From assembly GCA_964361505.1 (NCBI GenBank), contig CAYIAV010000002.1:1-35623 (forward strand): DNA of 35,623 nucleotides, given 5' to 3'. The position numbers and the translations under genes are program-made. Of the stretch, positions 7,407 to 16,788 are shown in pieces; positions within the stretch are counted from its first letter, which is position 1, and every line of letters begins with the position of its first letter. The DNA comes from Candidatus Woesearchaeota archaeon (GTDB taxonomy: Archaea; Nanobdellota; Nanobdellia; SCGC-AAA011-G17; GW2011-AR20). The notes beneath the pieces are model-generated. The model ran no database searches. It was not told where the DNA came from and was given only the letters and a program-made list of their open reading frames with translations.

Positions 7407-8277
7407 TTCTTTCATTAATGTCCGGATGTGTGCTAAACAAGCCATTAACTTTGCCTTTAAAGTTTCTTAATGGATTTTCAATGAACAAATGTGCAGTTGC
7501 TTTATTTGCAGCTTCTACTAATGGTTCTTTGTCATCTCTTATTGCTTTCAAAGCATTTGCTAAACTCTTAGGATTTCTATAAAGTAATGCGCCATCTGCA
7601 TCAGCTAAAAATTCACGCTTTCTGCTTATTGACAGTTTAATTAGTTGCGCTATCAATGGAGTAAGTATAGCCAAAACTATGCCAATAAGTACAACCACAA
7701 TTACAATAGTACCTCCTTTGATATCATCTTTTCTCTTTCCATAAATAAAACTTCTTAAGAATAAATCACTGAGTAAAGCAACAACTCCAACTAAAACAAC
7801 AACAAGCATCATCATTCTTATGTCATAATTCCTTATGTGCGCCATCTCATGAGCTATAACTGCTTCAAGCTCATCCCTTTTTAATCTTTGAATAGCTCCA
7901 GTTGTTACAGTCACAGCAGCATGTTCAGGATCTCTTCCGGTCGCAAATGCATTTATTGCACTATCATCTATGACATAAATTTTAGGTGTAGGGATTCCAG
8001 CGGCAATAGCAAGTCCTTCAACAGAATTGACTAAATGAGGATATTTCTTCTTATCTGCAATAATAGCATGGCTCATGCTTAATATCATTTTATCGCCAGA
8101 ATAGAAGCTTACTAAAGTCATTATAACAGAGAGTATTATTGCAAATGACAATCCAATAAAAACATTCCCAATATAAGCCCCTAAAGCATATCCCAAAATT
8201 CCAATAATGACAAAAAATAAAACAATTAAAAGAATTGATTTTCTTTTGTTTGAAGAGATATGATCATATAGCATCAT
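7384..8277 (-). CDS. htpX: HtpX-family M48 zinc metalloprotease
   Basis: HEMAHIRNYD (HExxH) and N-terminal TM helices. It is paired with lemA, as is common. Confidence 0.85.
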   Translation of the reverse strand: MMLYDHISSNKRKSILLIVLFFVIIGILGYALGAYIGNVFIGLSFAIILSVIMTLVSFYSGDKMILSMSHAIIADKKKYPHLVNSVEGLAIAAGIPTPKIYVIDDSAINAFATGRDPEHAAVTVTTGAIQRLKRDELEAVIAHEMAHIRNYDIRMMMLVVVLVGVVALLSDLFLRSFIYGKRKDDIKGGTIVIVVVLIGIVLAILTPLIAQLIKLSISRKREFLADADGALLYRNPKSLANALKAIRDDKEPLVEAANKATAHLFIENPLRNFKGKVNGLFSTHPDINERIRILEKM

Positions 8278-8829
8278 CTAAAATTCAACTTTGACTGATT
8301 TTTTTTCAGATTCCTCAGTCTTAAAAAATTCTCTTTCCTTAAAATTAAGTATACCTGCAATAACACTGCTTGGAAATTGTTGTATTCCATTATTTAACGC
8401 CATTACATTATCATTATAAAACTGTCTTGCATATGCTATTTTACTCTCTGTCCCTGAAAGCTCTTCCTGCAGCATCTTGAAATTTTCAGAAGCTTGCAGT
8501 TTTGGATAATCCTCAGCCACAGCAAATATAGTCTTGAAAGCATTGCTGATAGCATCAGACGCTTTTGCTTTTTCACTCATTGAGCCAGAAACAAGGTTAG
8601 CTCTCATTTTAGTTACTTCAGTTAAAACGCCTTTCTCATGTTTCATATAGCCCTTGACTGTTGCAATTAAATTTGGTATCAGCTCATATCTCCTCTTTAG
8701 CTGCACATCTATCTGGCTCCATGCATTATCTACTCTATTTCTTAAGCTTATGAGTCTGTTAAAAGTAAAAACAATATAGAGAACTATAACTACCGCAATT
8801 CCTATGATTATCCACAAAGCCAGTATCAT
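8278..8829 (-). CDS. lemA: LemA family protein
   Basis: N-terminal TM helix plus FNRLISLRNRVDNAWSQIDVQLKRRYELIPNL, the LemA signature. Confidence 0.85.
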   Translation of the reverse strand: MILALWIIIGIAVVIVLYIVFTFNRLISLRNRVDNAWSQIDVQLKRRYELIPNLIATVKGYMKHEKGVLTEVTKMRANLVSGSMSEKAKASDAISNAFKTIFAVAEDYPKLQASENFKMLQEELSGTESKIAYARQFYNDNVMALNNGIQQFPSSVIAGILNFKEREFFKTEESEKKSVKVEF

Positions 8830-8919
8830 AAAAAGTCTATTATAATAGATTATATAAACATTTGCCTAAGCTTATATTTAAGGAGCAAGGCTTTAAAGTT
8901 TTTCTGTTATAGCTAGGAT

Positions 8920-9453
8920 ATGGCAAAAAATAATTCATTCAATCTAACATTCACAGGAGCCAGAATAGAAGACAAAATAATTGGAAGCATGTGCTTTACA
9001 GGCAGTGGGTATTATGGTTGTAAATTAGATGGAATAATTGTAGCTGCACATATTGATTCAGAAAAAAAAGAAGTAGTCCCAAATTTTGAAAGATACCTAA
9101 AAAGGGAATGGGCACCGGATGGTTATAGATTAGATGATGTACCTAAGGGAAATGGTGAGAGGCAAAGATTGATAGAACTGTTAATTGGAAAAATACCAAA
9201 AAGAAAAATAGTAGATGCCTTGAAAAAACGAAGAGCTCTGGATAGAAAATTTAAGAGATATTATTTGGATATGTTGTTTTTGGATGAGAGACTAATAAAG
9301 GCTGTTAAAGAATTAAAAGCATACCATCTGTTAGAAGACAGGCAGCAACCAAATTTAGAAGATCTAAAAAGGTACAACGGGAATCTAGGAAGACTAGGCC
9401 ATTATTCTACATGGATTAGTGGAAGCAGAAAATCCAGAAGGTCAGAAGAGTAA
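8920..9453 (+). CDS. hypothetical protein
   Basis: 177-aa ORF with protein-like composition and a basic C-terminus. No family recognised. Confidence 0.5.
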   Translation: MAKNNSFNLTFTGARIEDKIIGSMCFTGSGYYGCKLDGIIVAAHIDSEKKEVVPNFERYLKREWAPDGYRLDDVPKGNGERQRLIELLIGKIPKRKIVDALKKRRALDRKFKRYYLDMLFLDERLIKAVKELKAYHLLEDRQQPNLEDLKRYNGNLGRLGHYSTWISGSRKSRRSEE

Positions 9454-9456
9454 AAC

Positions 9457-10185
9457 ATGGCATTATTTTTGATTGGCTTAGGACTGGATAAAGATGATAT
9501 TTCTTTAAAAGCAATTAATATACTGAAAACATGCAATAAAATTTACTTAGAACTATACACTTCTATTGGGGTTTCAAAAGAGTATTTAGAAAAATTATTA
9601 AAAAAAGATATAGAATCAAAAGACAGGATATTCTTTGAGAATAAAAGTAAAAAAATAATTCTAGAAGCAAAGAAAGAGAATGTAGCTCTGTTAATTCAAG
9701 GAGATTGTTTAAGCGCAACAACGCACATATCAATACTGCAAGAAGCAATGGAAAGTAATGTAAAAACAGAAATAGTTCATGGAATTTCAATATTCACGGC
9801 AATAAGTGAAACAGGACTAAGTTTGTACAATTTTGGAAAAACAACAAGCATTCCATTTGATTATAAAAACATAAAAACACCATATGAAGCAGTAAATTCT
9901 AACTTAGAAAAAAACATGCACACTTTAGTTCTGCTAGACTTAAATCCGAAAGAAAACAAATTCTTAACTGCAAGTGAAGGGTTAAAGTATTTAGTATCTC
10001 TTGGCTTGGATGATAAAAAAGAAGCAATTATATGTTCAAAACTAGGAACAAAAGGTAAAGAAATAAAAAAAGGTAAAATAAAAGATTTAATAAAGATAAA
10101 GCTTAAAGAATTCCCTCAATGTATAATAATTCCAGGAAAAATGCATTTTATGGAAGAGGAATATACTAGGATATGGAAGATATAA
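9457..10185 (+). CDS. dph5: diphthine synthase
   Basis: MALFLIGLGLDKDDISLKAINILKTCNKIYLELYTS matches the Dph5 N-terminus (tetrapyrrole-methylase fold). Confidence 0.85.
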   Translation: MALFLIGLGLDKDDISLKAINILKTCNKIYLELYTSIGVSKEYLEKLLKKDIESKDRIFFENKSKKIILEAKKENVALLIQGDCLSATTHISILQEAMESNVKTEIVHGISIFTAISETGLSLYNFGKTTSIPFDYKNIKTPYEAVNSNLEKNMHTLVLLDLNPKENKFLTASEGLKYLVSLGLDDKKEAIICSKLGTKGKEIKKGKIKDLIKIKLKEFPQCIIIPGKMHFMEEEYTRIWKI

Positions 10186-10655
10186 GGATAAAAAGATTAA
10201 ATGAAGAAAATTTTGACAGCTTCTTTTTATTAATTAAATCGCTCGCGGAATATGAAAAGCTTGCTGCTCCAGATGCAAACGCAAAAACAAGGCTCAAAAG
10301 AGACGGATTATCAGGTAATCAAAGATATAGTGCTTATCTAGGAATGCTAGAAAAAAAACCAGTAGGTTATATGATTCTGTTTGATACGTATTCGTCTTTT
10401 CTCGCGTTGCCAACACTATACTTAGAAGATTTTTTCGTCCTAGAAGAATTCAGAGGAAAGGGAATAGGACAAAAAATGTTTGATTTTTGTGTATCACTTG
10501 CAAGACAAGGAGAATATGGAAGATTAGAATGGTGTGTTTTAGACTGGAACAAGCCAATGATAGGGTTTTCACAAAAAAATGGTGCCCAAAAATTACCATG
10601 GAATCACTTTGCATTAAACAAAGAACAAATTAAAAGATACAAGGAATTGGAGTAA
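10173..10655 (+). CDS. GNAT family N-acetyltransferase
   Basis: Acetyl-CoA motif FVLEEFRGKGIGQKMF. Length is 160 aa. Confidence 0.75.
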   Translation: MEDIRIKRLNEENFDSFFLLIKSLAEYEKLAAPDANAKTRLKRDGLSGNQRYSAYLGMLEKKPVGYMILFDTYSSFLALPTLYLEDFFVLEEFRGKGIGQKMFDFCVSLARQGEYGRLEWCVLDWNKPMIGFSQKNGAQKLPWNHFALNKEQIKRYKELE

Positions 10656-10676
10656 TAAATAATAAAAGGATAAAAT

Positions 10677-11039
10677 ATGACAACATTAATAGCTTGCTTA
10701 TCAACTGGAAAAGGAACTTGGGGTCATGTGTCTAGATTAATTCAGGATGGAAAATTTGATCATATCATTCTAATAACAAATGAGTATGGAAAAGAAAACT
10801 TCCAAAAAAGTGAAAATACAGAATTAATAGCAATAAAGCTAGAACAGGGTATGAAAGAATTAAGAGATGAAATGTATAGAACCATTAAAGAGAGAATAAA
10901 ATCCGATGAAACAGAAGTTGCTTTAAACCTAGCCTCTGGCACAGGGAAGGAACACATGGCCTTATTATCTGCTTTATTAAAACTAGGCATTGGAATAAGA
11001 TTAATGGCTTTAACAAAAGAAGGCATTGAAGAAATCTAA
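10677..11039 (+). CDS. hypothetical small Rossmann-like protein
   Basis: 120 aa with alternating strand/helix pattern and two Gly-rich loops (CLSTGKGTW, NLASGTGKEH). Confidence 0.5.
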   Translation: MTTLIACLSTGKGTWGHVSRLIQDGKFDHIILITNEYGKENFQKSENTELIAIKLEQGMKELRDEMYRTIKERIKSDETEVALNLASGTGKEHMALLSALLKLGIGIRLMALTKEGIEEI

Positions 11040-11071
11040 ACATTTATATCTTTTCTTTACTTTATTAAACT

Positions 11072-12133
11072 ATGCCAAGTCTATTTGACGATGTTTTAAA
11101 AAATTCAGAATCCTTATTCATAAATGAAATAGCACTAGATCCTAATTTTATCCCTCCAATCTTAGAATATCGAGAGAACCAGCAAAAATGCATAGCAGAA
11201 ACAATAAAACCATTATTTATGAAAAGAAACGGTAAAAACTTAATAATTCACGGAGCTCCTGGTATAGGAAAAACATTAGCAGCTCGTTATGTCTTAAAAG
11301 AATTACAGGAAGAAACAGATGAAATTTACACAATTTATATCAATTGTTGGAAATCCCCGACAGCATATAAAGTAGTGCTTGAATTATGTGAGCTATTAGA
11401 ATATAAGTTTACACATAACAAAACAACAGAAGACTTGTTAAAAAAAGTCACTTCCATTTTAAATAAAAAATCAGTAGTTATTTGCTTTGATGAGGTGGAT
11501 AAATTAGATAGCACTGGCATTATCTATAATCTCTTAGAAGATATTTACAGGAAAACAATAATCCTAATAGTAAATGATAGATCATGGCTAATAAAACTTG
11601 ATTCAAGAATAAGATCAAGATTAGCCACAGAAACTTTAGAGTTCAAGCAATACAACAAAGATGAAATGTTTGGAATATTAAAAAAGAGAACAGAATTCGC
11701 ATTCACTCCAAATGCATGTTCACAAGAGGCTCTTAATATAATCTCAAAAAAAGCATTTGAATCTGGAGATGTAAGGATAGGAATTTACCTTTTAAAAGAG
11801 TCAGGTTTAATCGCCGAATCAGAATTATCCAAAAAAATCTTAGAAAAACATGCTCTTACTGCAATAGAAAAGACAGATTTCACTATAAAAAGTCCTAAAA
11901 ACCTTAAAGAAGAAGATTCTTCTTTATTAGAGTTCATAAAGAAAAATCCAGATTTACCTTCTTCAAAGCTGCATGAATTATATGATTCTTCTATTTCCTA
12001 CAGAACCTTTAGAAGACAACTAGAAAAGCTAGAAAAAGCAAAATTAATTGAGTTAGATCTAACTTCTCAAGGTGTTCATGGTAAAACGACCATAGTAAAG
12101 TTTAAACAGAAAAAAACATTAGACAGATTTTGA
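11072..12133 (+). CDS. cdc6: Orc1/Cdc6 replication initiator
   Basis: Walker A GAPGIGKT, Walker B VICFDEVD, and a C-terminal winged-helix region. Length is 353 aa. Confidence 0.85.
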   Translation: MPSLFDDVLKNSESLFINEIALDPNFIPPILEYRENQQKCIAETIKPLFMKRNGKNLIIHGAPGIGKTLAARYVLKELQEETDEIYTIYINCWKSPTAYKVVLELCELLEYKFTHNKTTEDLLKKVTSILNKKSVVICFDEVDKLDSTGIIYNLLEDIYRKTIILIVNDRSWLIKLDSRIRSRLATETLEFKQYNKDEMFGILKKRTEFAFTPNACSQEALNIISKKAFESGDVRIGIYLLKESGLIAESELSKKILEKHALTAIEKTDFTIKSPKNLKEEDSSLLEFIKKNPDLPSSKLHELYDSSISYRTFRRQLEKLEKAKLIELDLTSQGVHGKTTIVKFKQKKTLDRF

Positions 12134-12290
12134 TAAATTCTAGCTAATTAAGCCCTATAACGTCAAAGTAGGGGTTTAATAATAAAAATAGATACTAAAA
12201 TATGTATATCCAACTCAGTGGTCCACACGACAACCTTGCGCGCCAGCCTTTTAAGCAAAAATTAATTCTAAGAATCATGAGGTGGTCGAA

Positions 12291-12482
12291 ATGAACAAAC
12301 TAAACTTATACCCTAAGCTAAGGAACACATGGAATACCGCTGATTTCATAACAGAAAAGTCATTCACAATACCAAAAAAGTATAACAAGCGCATTGAAGA
12401 AGTTTTCAGCAAACAACTAAGAAATTTAACAACAAAGGAATTCGAGAAAAGAACTTTCAGCATCATAAAGGAGGTGAACTAA
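12291..12482 (+). CDS. hypothetical small basic protein
   Basis: The ORF track starts at GTG 12282. ATG 12291 is preferred because SD GAGGTGG (12279-12285) lies 5 nt upstream. Confidence 0.45.
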   Translation: MNKLNLYPKLRNTWNTADFITEKSFTIPKKYNKRIEEVFSKQLRNLTTKEFEKRTFSIIKEVN

Positions 12483-12483
12483 A

Positions 12484-12597
12484 ATGGAATTTTACACAAG
12501 AGATGATTTGTTTGAATTGATGGAAAACGATGAGATATCAGATGAAGAAGAAGGATTTATGATGGGTTTCCTACATGCCTTCAAAAAGCAGCGTTAA
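12484..12597 (+). CDS. unannotated 37-aa acidic micro-ORF
   Basis: Strong SD AAGGAGGTGA (12468-12477) lies 6 nt upstream of ATG 12484. Sequence MEFYTRDDLFELMENDEISDEEEGFMMGFLHAFKKQR. Coupled to the previous ORF. Confidence 0.45.
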   Translation: MEFYTRDDLFELMENDEISDEEEGFMMGFLHAFKKQR

Positions 12598-12833
12598 CTC
12601 CTTTTTTCTTTTTTATCATAAGGATCATAGTTCCACCAAAAAAAGTTATCGTGAACACTTCTAATAGTAAACTTACCTCCAGGAGTCTCATAAGATCCTT
12701 GAACAATCTCATCAATTTCTCTATAAAATCCAACAGCATGTCCATCAACAACATCTTTATTATACAATTTCTCCATATTTTCATAATGTTCTGTTAGTTT
12801 TTCAAGCATAGATTTAGACATAAGAATAAACAT
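12594..12833 (-). CDS. hypothetical protein
   Basis: 79-aa ORF with globular-looking composition (GHAVGFYREIDEIVQGSYETPGGKFTIRSVH). Preferred over the overlapping ORF 12581-12784. Confidence 0.45.
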   Translation of the reverse strand: MFILMSKSMLEKLTEHYENMEKLYNKDVVDGHAVGFYREIDEIVQGSYETPGGKFTIRSVHDNFFWWNYDPYDKKEKRS

Positions 12834-12891
12834 ACAAGAAACCTTAAAAAGATATCAAAAACAATTTAAACTTCAATTAAAAACAAAGACT

Positions 12892-13461
12892 ATGAAAATA
12901 TTAGCATTCTCTGATTTGCATGGTGACAAAAAAGCTTTATCTGCATTAATCAAAGTTAGTAATTCTAAAAATCCGGATATAATCATATGCGCCGGAGATA
13001 CATCAAATAATAAAACAAGTGTAAAAGAAGTTATAAAAGAACTAAAAAAAACTAGAAAGCCAATTTTAATAGTGCACGGCAATCATGAAACTTCTCAGGA
13101 GATAAAGTCAGATAAACAAGTAACAAATTTGCACAAAAAGTTAATAAAAATAGAAAATTACCATTTCCTAGGATTTGGAGGGGGAGGTTTCTCAAAAAGA
13201 GACCCAGAATTTGAAAGATTCTCAAAAAACACCAAAAAAGAAAATTTAATTTTAATAACCCATGCCCCGCCATACAAAACATCTTTAGATATCTTGCCAA
13301 TGGGTCACGTTGGTTCTATTTCAATAAAGAGGTTCATAGAAAAAAACAAACCAATTCTAGCAATCTGTGGTCATCTTCATGAAAATGAAGGAAAATCTGA
13401 AAAAATCAGTAAAACATTAATAATAAACCCTGGAATAAAAGGAAAAATAATAAAAATATAG
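12892..13461 (+). CDS. calcineurin-like metallophosphoesterase
   Basis: Motifs FSDLHGD, AGDTSN, VHGNHE and CGHLH. Confidence 0.8.
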   Translation: MKILAFSDLHGDKKALSALIKVSNSKNPDIIICAGDTSNNKTSVKEVIKELKKTRKPILIVHGNHETSQEIKSDKQVTNLHKKLIKIENYHFLGFGGGGFSKRDPEFERFSKNTKKENLILITHAPPYKTSLDILPMGHVGSISIKRFIEKNKPILAICGHLHENEGKSEKISKTLIINPGIKGKIIKI

Positions 13462-13476
13462 AAAAAAGAGAAGAGA

Positions 13477-13554
13477 TTATCTTCTCTTCTTAGACGTAGA
13501 AGCCTTTCTTCTTGTAGTAGACTTCTTTGCAGTTGACTTTCTTTTTGCTGCCAT
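13477..13554 (-). CDS. unannotated 25-aa highly basic micro-ORF
   Basis: SD GAGGTG (13565-13560) lies 5 nt upstream of ATG 13554. Sequence MAAKRKSTAKKSTTRRKASTSKKRR, TAA at 13479-13477. The 61-aa track ORF 13377-13562 is in a different frame and looks spurious. Confidence 0.4.
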   Translation of the reverse strand: MAAKRKSTAKKSTTRRKASTSKKRR

Positions 13555-13689
13555 TTTTTCACCTCTTTAATCCCATAAGGTTTTTATGAGCGAAATGTAT
13601 AGAACTAAAAACTGAAATTTGGATATTAGCTCTTGAATTTTTTAAATTCATATCACTCAAATAGCAAAGCTTGTTTAAATATTTTTCTA

Positions 13690-14427
13690 TTAACCAAAAA
13701 ATTTTTTGTAGTTGCCAAAAAAGATTTTCTCCAATTTATCTTTTTCAATATGTTTTATAGAAGAAATAATTTTAATTGTTTCATCAACGAGAAAAGGTTC
13801 ATTTCTTTTACCAACATCTGCGCTCAAAAATGGGGAATCTGTTTCAGTCAGTAGTTGTGAAGCATTAACTTCTTCAACAATCTTTTGGAAGTGCTTGCTT
13901 CTTTTAACGATGCAAGGAATAGAAATCATCCAGTTATTTTTTTCAATTTTCCTTACAAGATCAAACTTTCCTTGAAAACAATGAAAAACAACCTTCTTAA
14001 CATCAAGTTTCTCAAAAAGTTCGACACACTTTTTTTCAGCGCTTCTCGAATGCACAATGAATGGTTTGTTTAAATAATTTAATTCATTAATCATCTTAGT
14101 AAGGACTCTTATCTGTCTGTCTTTATTTCTACTATCCTTAAAATCTAATCCAATCTCTCCTATAGCAACTATATCTTTACTATGTCTCTTAATAAATTCT
14201 ATTTCATCATCAATATCTTTTATACTCATATCCAATGCATCTAAGGGATAAATGCCTAAACTCGCCTTGATATTTTTAAATTTCTTGGACAATTTCAAAA
14301 CTTCTAAATTGCTTTTATGATTAATTCCCGCAGTAACAGCAATCATGTTCTTAGTCCTTTTAATTACTTCTTCCAAATCTTTAGAAAACAATTCATGATC
14401 CAAATGGCAATGAATATCAACTAACAT
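13690..14427 (-). CDS. tatD: TatD-family metal-dependent hydrolase
   Basis: MLVDIHCHLDH, GEIGLDF, HSR and TDSPF motifs. Confidence 0.85.
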   Translation of the reverse strand: MLVDIHCHLDHELFSKDLEEVIKRTKNMIAVTAGINHKSNLEVLKLSKKFKNIKASLGIYPLDALDMSIKDIDDEIEFIKRHSKDIVAIGEIGLDFKDSRNKDRQIRVLTKMINELNYLNKPFIVHSRSAEKKCVELFEKLDVKKVVFHCFQGKFDLVRKIEKNNWMISIPCIVKRSKHFQKIVEEVNASQLLTETDSPFLSADVGKRNEPFLVDETIKIISSIKHIEKDKLEKIFFGNYKKFFG

Positions 14428-14428
14428 T

Positions 14429-15625
14429 TTAACTAAAAATAAACCTAAACAGCTTCATCAGCCAAGGTGATAAATTAATAATCAATAGTAAAAGAAGAAA
14501 AATAGTAATAACCTTCCAAGTTTTCATTGCCTTTTCTTTATTTATAAAAGTCATCATGCCCAAAAAAAACATCCTTCCTCCATCAACAGGTCCTAAAGGT
14601 AATAAATTGAATAATCCGACACCAAAGCTAATAACCCAAATCCAAAAAAATAATTGTCTTAGCCAAAAGATAAAACCTAAAAATGTTTTGCCATAATTAT
14701 CAACCGCTTCTTTGCTGTATTCAATACTCAAGGGGGAAATTCCTGCTCCCAAATAACCTATGCCTTCACGTGATTTCAAAAATTCTTTAGGCTGCTCTCC
14801 TAAAACAACTTTGCTTGCTCCCTTGTCAGTTTGTAAAATAATCTCCTGTCCAGGCTTTTTATTAGAAAGTTCATCAAAAAATTCCTCAACAGTTCCAACT
14901 TTTGCATCATCAACCTTAGTGATATTTTCACCTAGCTTAATGCCAGATATATCCAAAGGTCCTTTCTCTACAACATGAGAGATAATAACCCCCCTCTCCT
15001 CTAAAAGGGATTCAGTAAAAGGACTTACAAAAATCAAGAGCAATATAACAAGTATAGCTAAAAGCACATTAGAGAAACTTCCTGCAGCAAGAATAGACAA
15101 CTGCGCTTTAACACTAGATTTACCCATCTTCTTCTCATCAGGTTCTACAAAAGCAGCAGGTATGGGTCCTAAAAAAGCAAATCCTGAACTCTTGATCTTA
15201 ACGTTGTAAACTCTCGCAATAACACCATGGGAAAATTCATGAACGATTGCAATAATAAACAAGCTGATAATCCAATGCAAAAAACTCAAAGTTGGCAAAC
15301 CTGGTGCAATTTTAATTCCAGGCAAAACAGGGGCTAATGCAGGTAAAGAATCAGGAATAAACAACAAATCAAATGTAGCTTTGATAAGAATGACAAACAT
15401 AGCAATCATACCAAAAAATCCAATAAAAATTCCGATATAAGCTAAAAATTTAAGTAATTTGGGATGTTTCTTAGCAGTTCGGTCCATCCATTCAAGTCCT
15501 AAGTTAGTCTTGTATAAAGCAAATATTTTCCCTTGAATCTCAAATTTATGTTTATGCGTAAAATAGAACAGAGCAATTAAAGCTAAAAATACAAGTAACA
15601 ATATCAAATCTAAATTCATTAACAA
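14429..15625 (-). CDS. site-2 protease (M50) with PDZ domain
   Basis: HEFSHG (HExxH) lies in a TM region. A central PDZ-like segment and the C-terminal NLLPLGPVDGG motif are present. Confidence 0.85.
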   Translation of the reverse strand: MLMNLDLILLLVFLALIALFYFTHKHKFEIQGKIFALYKTNLGLEWMDRTAKKHPKLLKFLAYIGIFIGFFGMIAMFVILIKATFDLLFIPDSLPALAPVLPGIKIAPGLPTLSFLHWIISLFIIAIVHEFSHGVIARVYNVKIKSSGFAFLGPIPAAFVEPDEKKMGKSSVKAQLSILAAGSFSNVLLAILVILLLIFVSPFTESLLEERGVIISHVVEKGPLDISGIKLGENITKVDDAKVGTVEEFFDELSNKKPGQEIILQTDKGASKVVLGEQPKEFLKSREGIGYLGAGISPLSIEYSKEAVDNYGKTFLGFIFWLRQLFFWIWVISFGVGLFNLLPLGPVDGGRMFFLGMMTFINKEKAMKTWKVITIFLLLLLIINLSPWLMKLFRFIFS

Positions 15626-15644
15626 AGAAAAAGAACACCCCTAT

Positions 15645-15806
15645 TTATTTCTTTCTAACCGGCCTTAACGCAGCGCCATTACATTTTCTGCATTTAACCT
15701 TGCCAGCCAATACATGAACAGGTTTAGCTCTTATTTTAGACTTGCATTTTCTGCAGACATAAATATTAACTTGTAATCTATTGAGTGCTTCTTGAAATTT
15801 TGCCAT
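15645..15806 (-). CDS. rpl40e: ribosomal protein L40e (unannotated, 53 aa)
   Basis: MAKFQEALNRLQVNIYVCRKCKSKIRAKPVHVLAGKVKCRKCNGAALRPVRKK carries the CxxC...CxxC ribbon typical of archaeal L40e. Below the ORF-track cutoff. Confidence 0.8.
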   Translation of the reverse strand: MAKFQEALNRLQVNIYVCRKCKSKIRAKPVHVLAGKVKCRKCNGAALRPVRKK

Positions 15807-15807
15807 T

Positions 15808-16197
15808 TTACTTTATCTGCTTCATAATCTTGCTGCCTATAACATCCCAATAAATAACCTGAGCCCCTTCTCTTATATTCCCTTTAATATCCTCTGGTAT
15901 TTTAAGATCAAATGTCTCAAAAGTTTCCATATCCATGACATTTGCAGTTTCTCCATGAATTGACAATATTTGTGCAGCTTTTTTTTCTATAATCGGAACA
16001 ACCATCTTATCATGTCCTGGTAAAACAATCACTTTCTTTTGTCCATCAACAATACCAATTGCTTCTATCCTGCATTTAGCATGACCATGTTTTCCAGTTT
16101 TAGAAGTTTGTATGCTTTTAATAATACATGCAATATTGTCTATTATGCAATAATTACCTACCTTTAAGCCACTTACATTGATTACTTTCTGCTCCAT
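15808..16197 (-). CDS. eif5a: translation initiation factor 5A
   Basis: Hypusine-loop motif TSKTGKHGHAK. Length is 129 aa. Confidence 0.9.
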   Translation of the reverse strand: MEQKVINVSGLKVGNYCIIDNIACIIKSIQTSKTGKHGHAKCRIEAIGIVDGQKKVIVLPGHDKMVVPIIEKKAAQILSIHGETANVMDMETFETFDLKIPEDIKGNIREGAQVIYWDVIGSKIMKQIK

Positions 16198-16277
16198 TAA
16201 TTATCAAGGCATTAGAGAAATTTATAAACGTTGTGGTAAAATCAGAACTTCCGAAAGTGAAAAAGTGGGCTCTTTTT

Positions 16278-16682
16278 TTAAAATCTCTTTAAAGTTTTTT
16301 TAATATTTTTCTTAGTTTTCTCTGCAACTTTTGGTTTAGGAGCTTTTTTTACTATTTTTCTAGAAGTTTTTATCTTCACTTCTTTTACTACATCAAACTC
16401 TTTAGGAGTTTCAATTTTCTCCTCCTTATAAGTAACTTCTTTATCCTTTAAAGAATTTACATTAGTATTAATTTCCTTTAAAGCATCTTCTAAGACGTTC
16501 AATTTCATATTAATAGTAAACAATTGTTTAGAAAGTACAGCAATTGCAATCCAAAGTTGGGCATTTCCTTGATTTTTAGCAGTGCTATAAGCGATTTTAT
16601 GCATAGTTGTTTCTCTAACTTGAGCCTCAAGATGTTCTCTCAAAGCAGGGTCAACTTTATTTCTCCAATCAGCCATTTTCAC
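16278..16682 (-). CDS. hypothetical protein with Lys-rich tail
   Basis: 134-aa ORF. No family recognised. Confidence 0.5.
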   Translation of the reverse strand: MKMADWRNKVDPALREHLEAQVRETTMHKIAYSTAKNQGNAQLWIAIAVLSKQLFTINMKLNVLEDALKEINTNVNSLKDKEVTYKEEKIETPKEFDVVKEVKIKTSRKIVKKAPKPKVAEKTKKNIKKTLKRF

Positions 16683-16788
16683 TTTCCTCCTAAAAGCGAC
16701 AATTAAAGAAGCCTTAAATATTTTTCTATTGGCAAGTAATTACAAAAAAAAGCATATTTTTAAAAAATGGCAAAAAAACACCCTAAAT

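Noticed and set aside
12134-12281. Possible replication origin next to orc1/cdc6: a GC-rich island at 12210-12248 containing CTCAGTGGTCCAC (ORB-like CAGTGG core), beside an AT-rich stretch
   Set aside because: I found only a single imperfect ORB-like element, with no inverted or repeated copies in the window. The match to the ORB consensus is weak. A genome-wide GC-skew and ORB repeat search would be needed.
13377-13562. 61-aa minus-strand ORF overlapping the end of the phosphoesterase gene
   Set aside because: It has a GTG start and an implausible composition (FFYIFIIFPFIPGFI), and it overlaps a solid gene. The SD in this region is correctly spaced for the 25-aa ATG ORF in another frame.
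16729-16788. Upstream extensions of track ORFs: FKBP at TTG 16729, SecE at 18599, L11 at 19279, S17e at 30497
   Set aside because: The homologous sequence begins at the internal ATG in each case. The extensions overlap upstream genes or add non-conserved Lys-rich residues.
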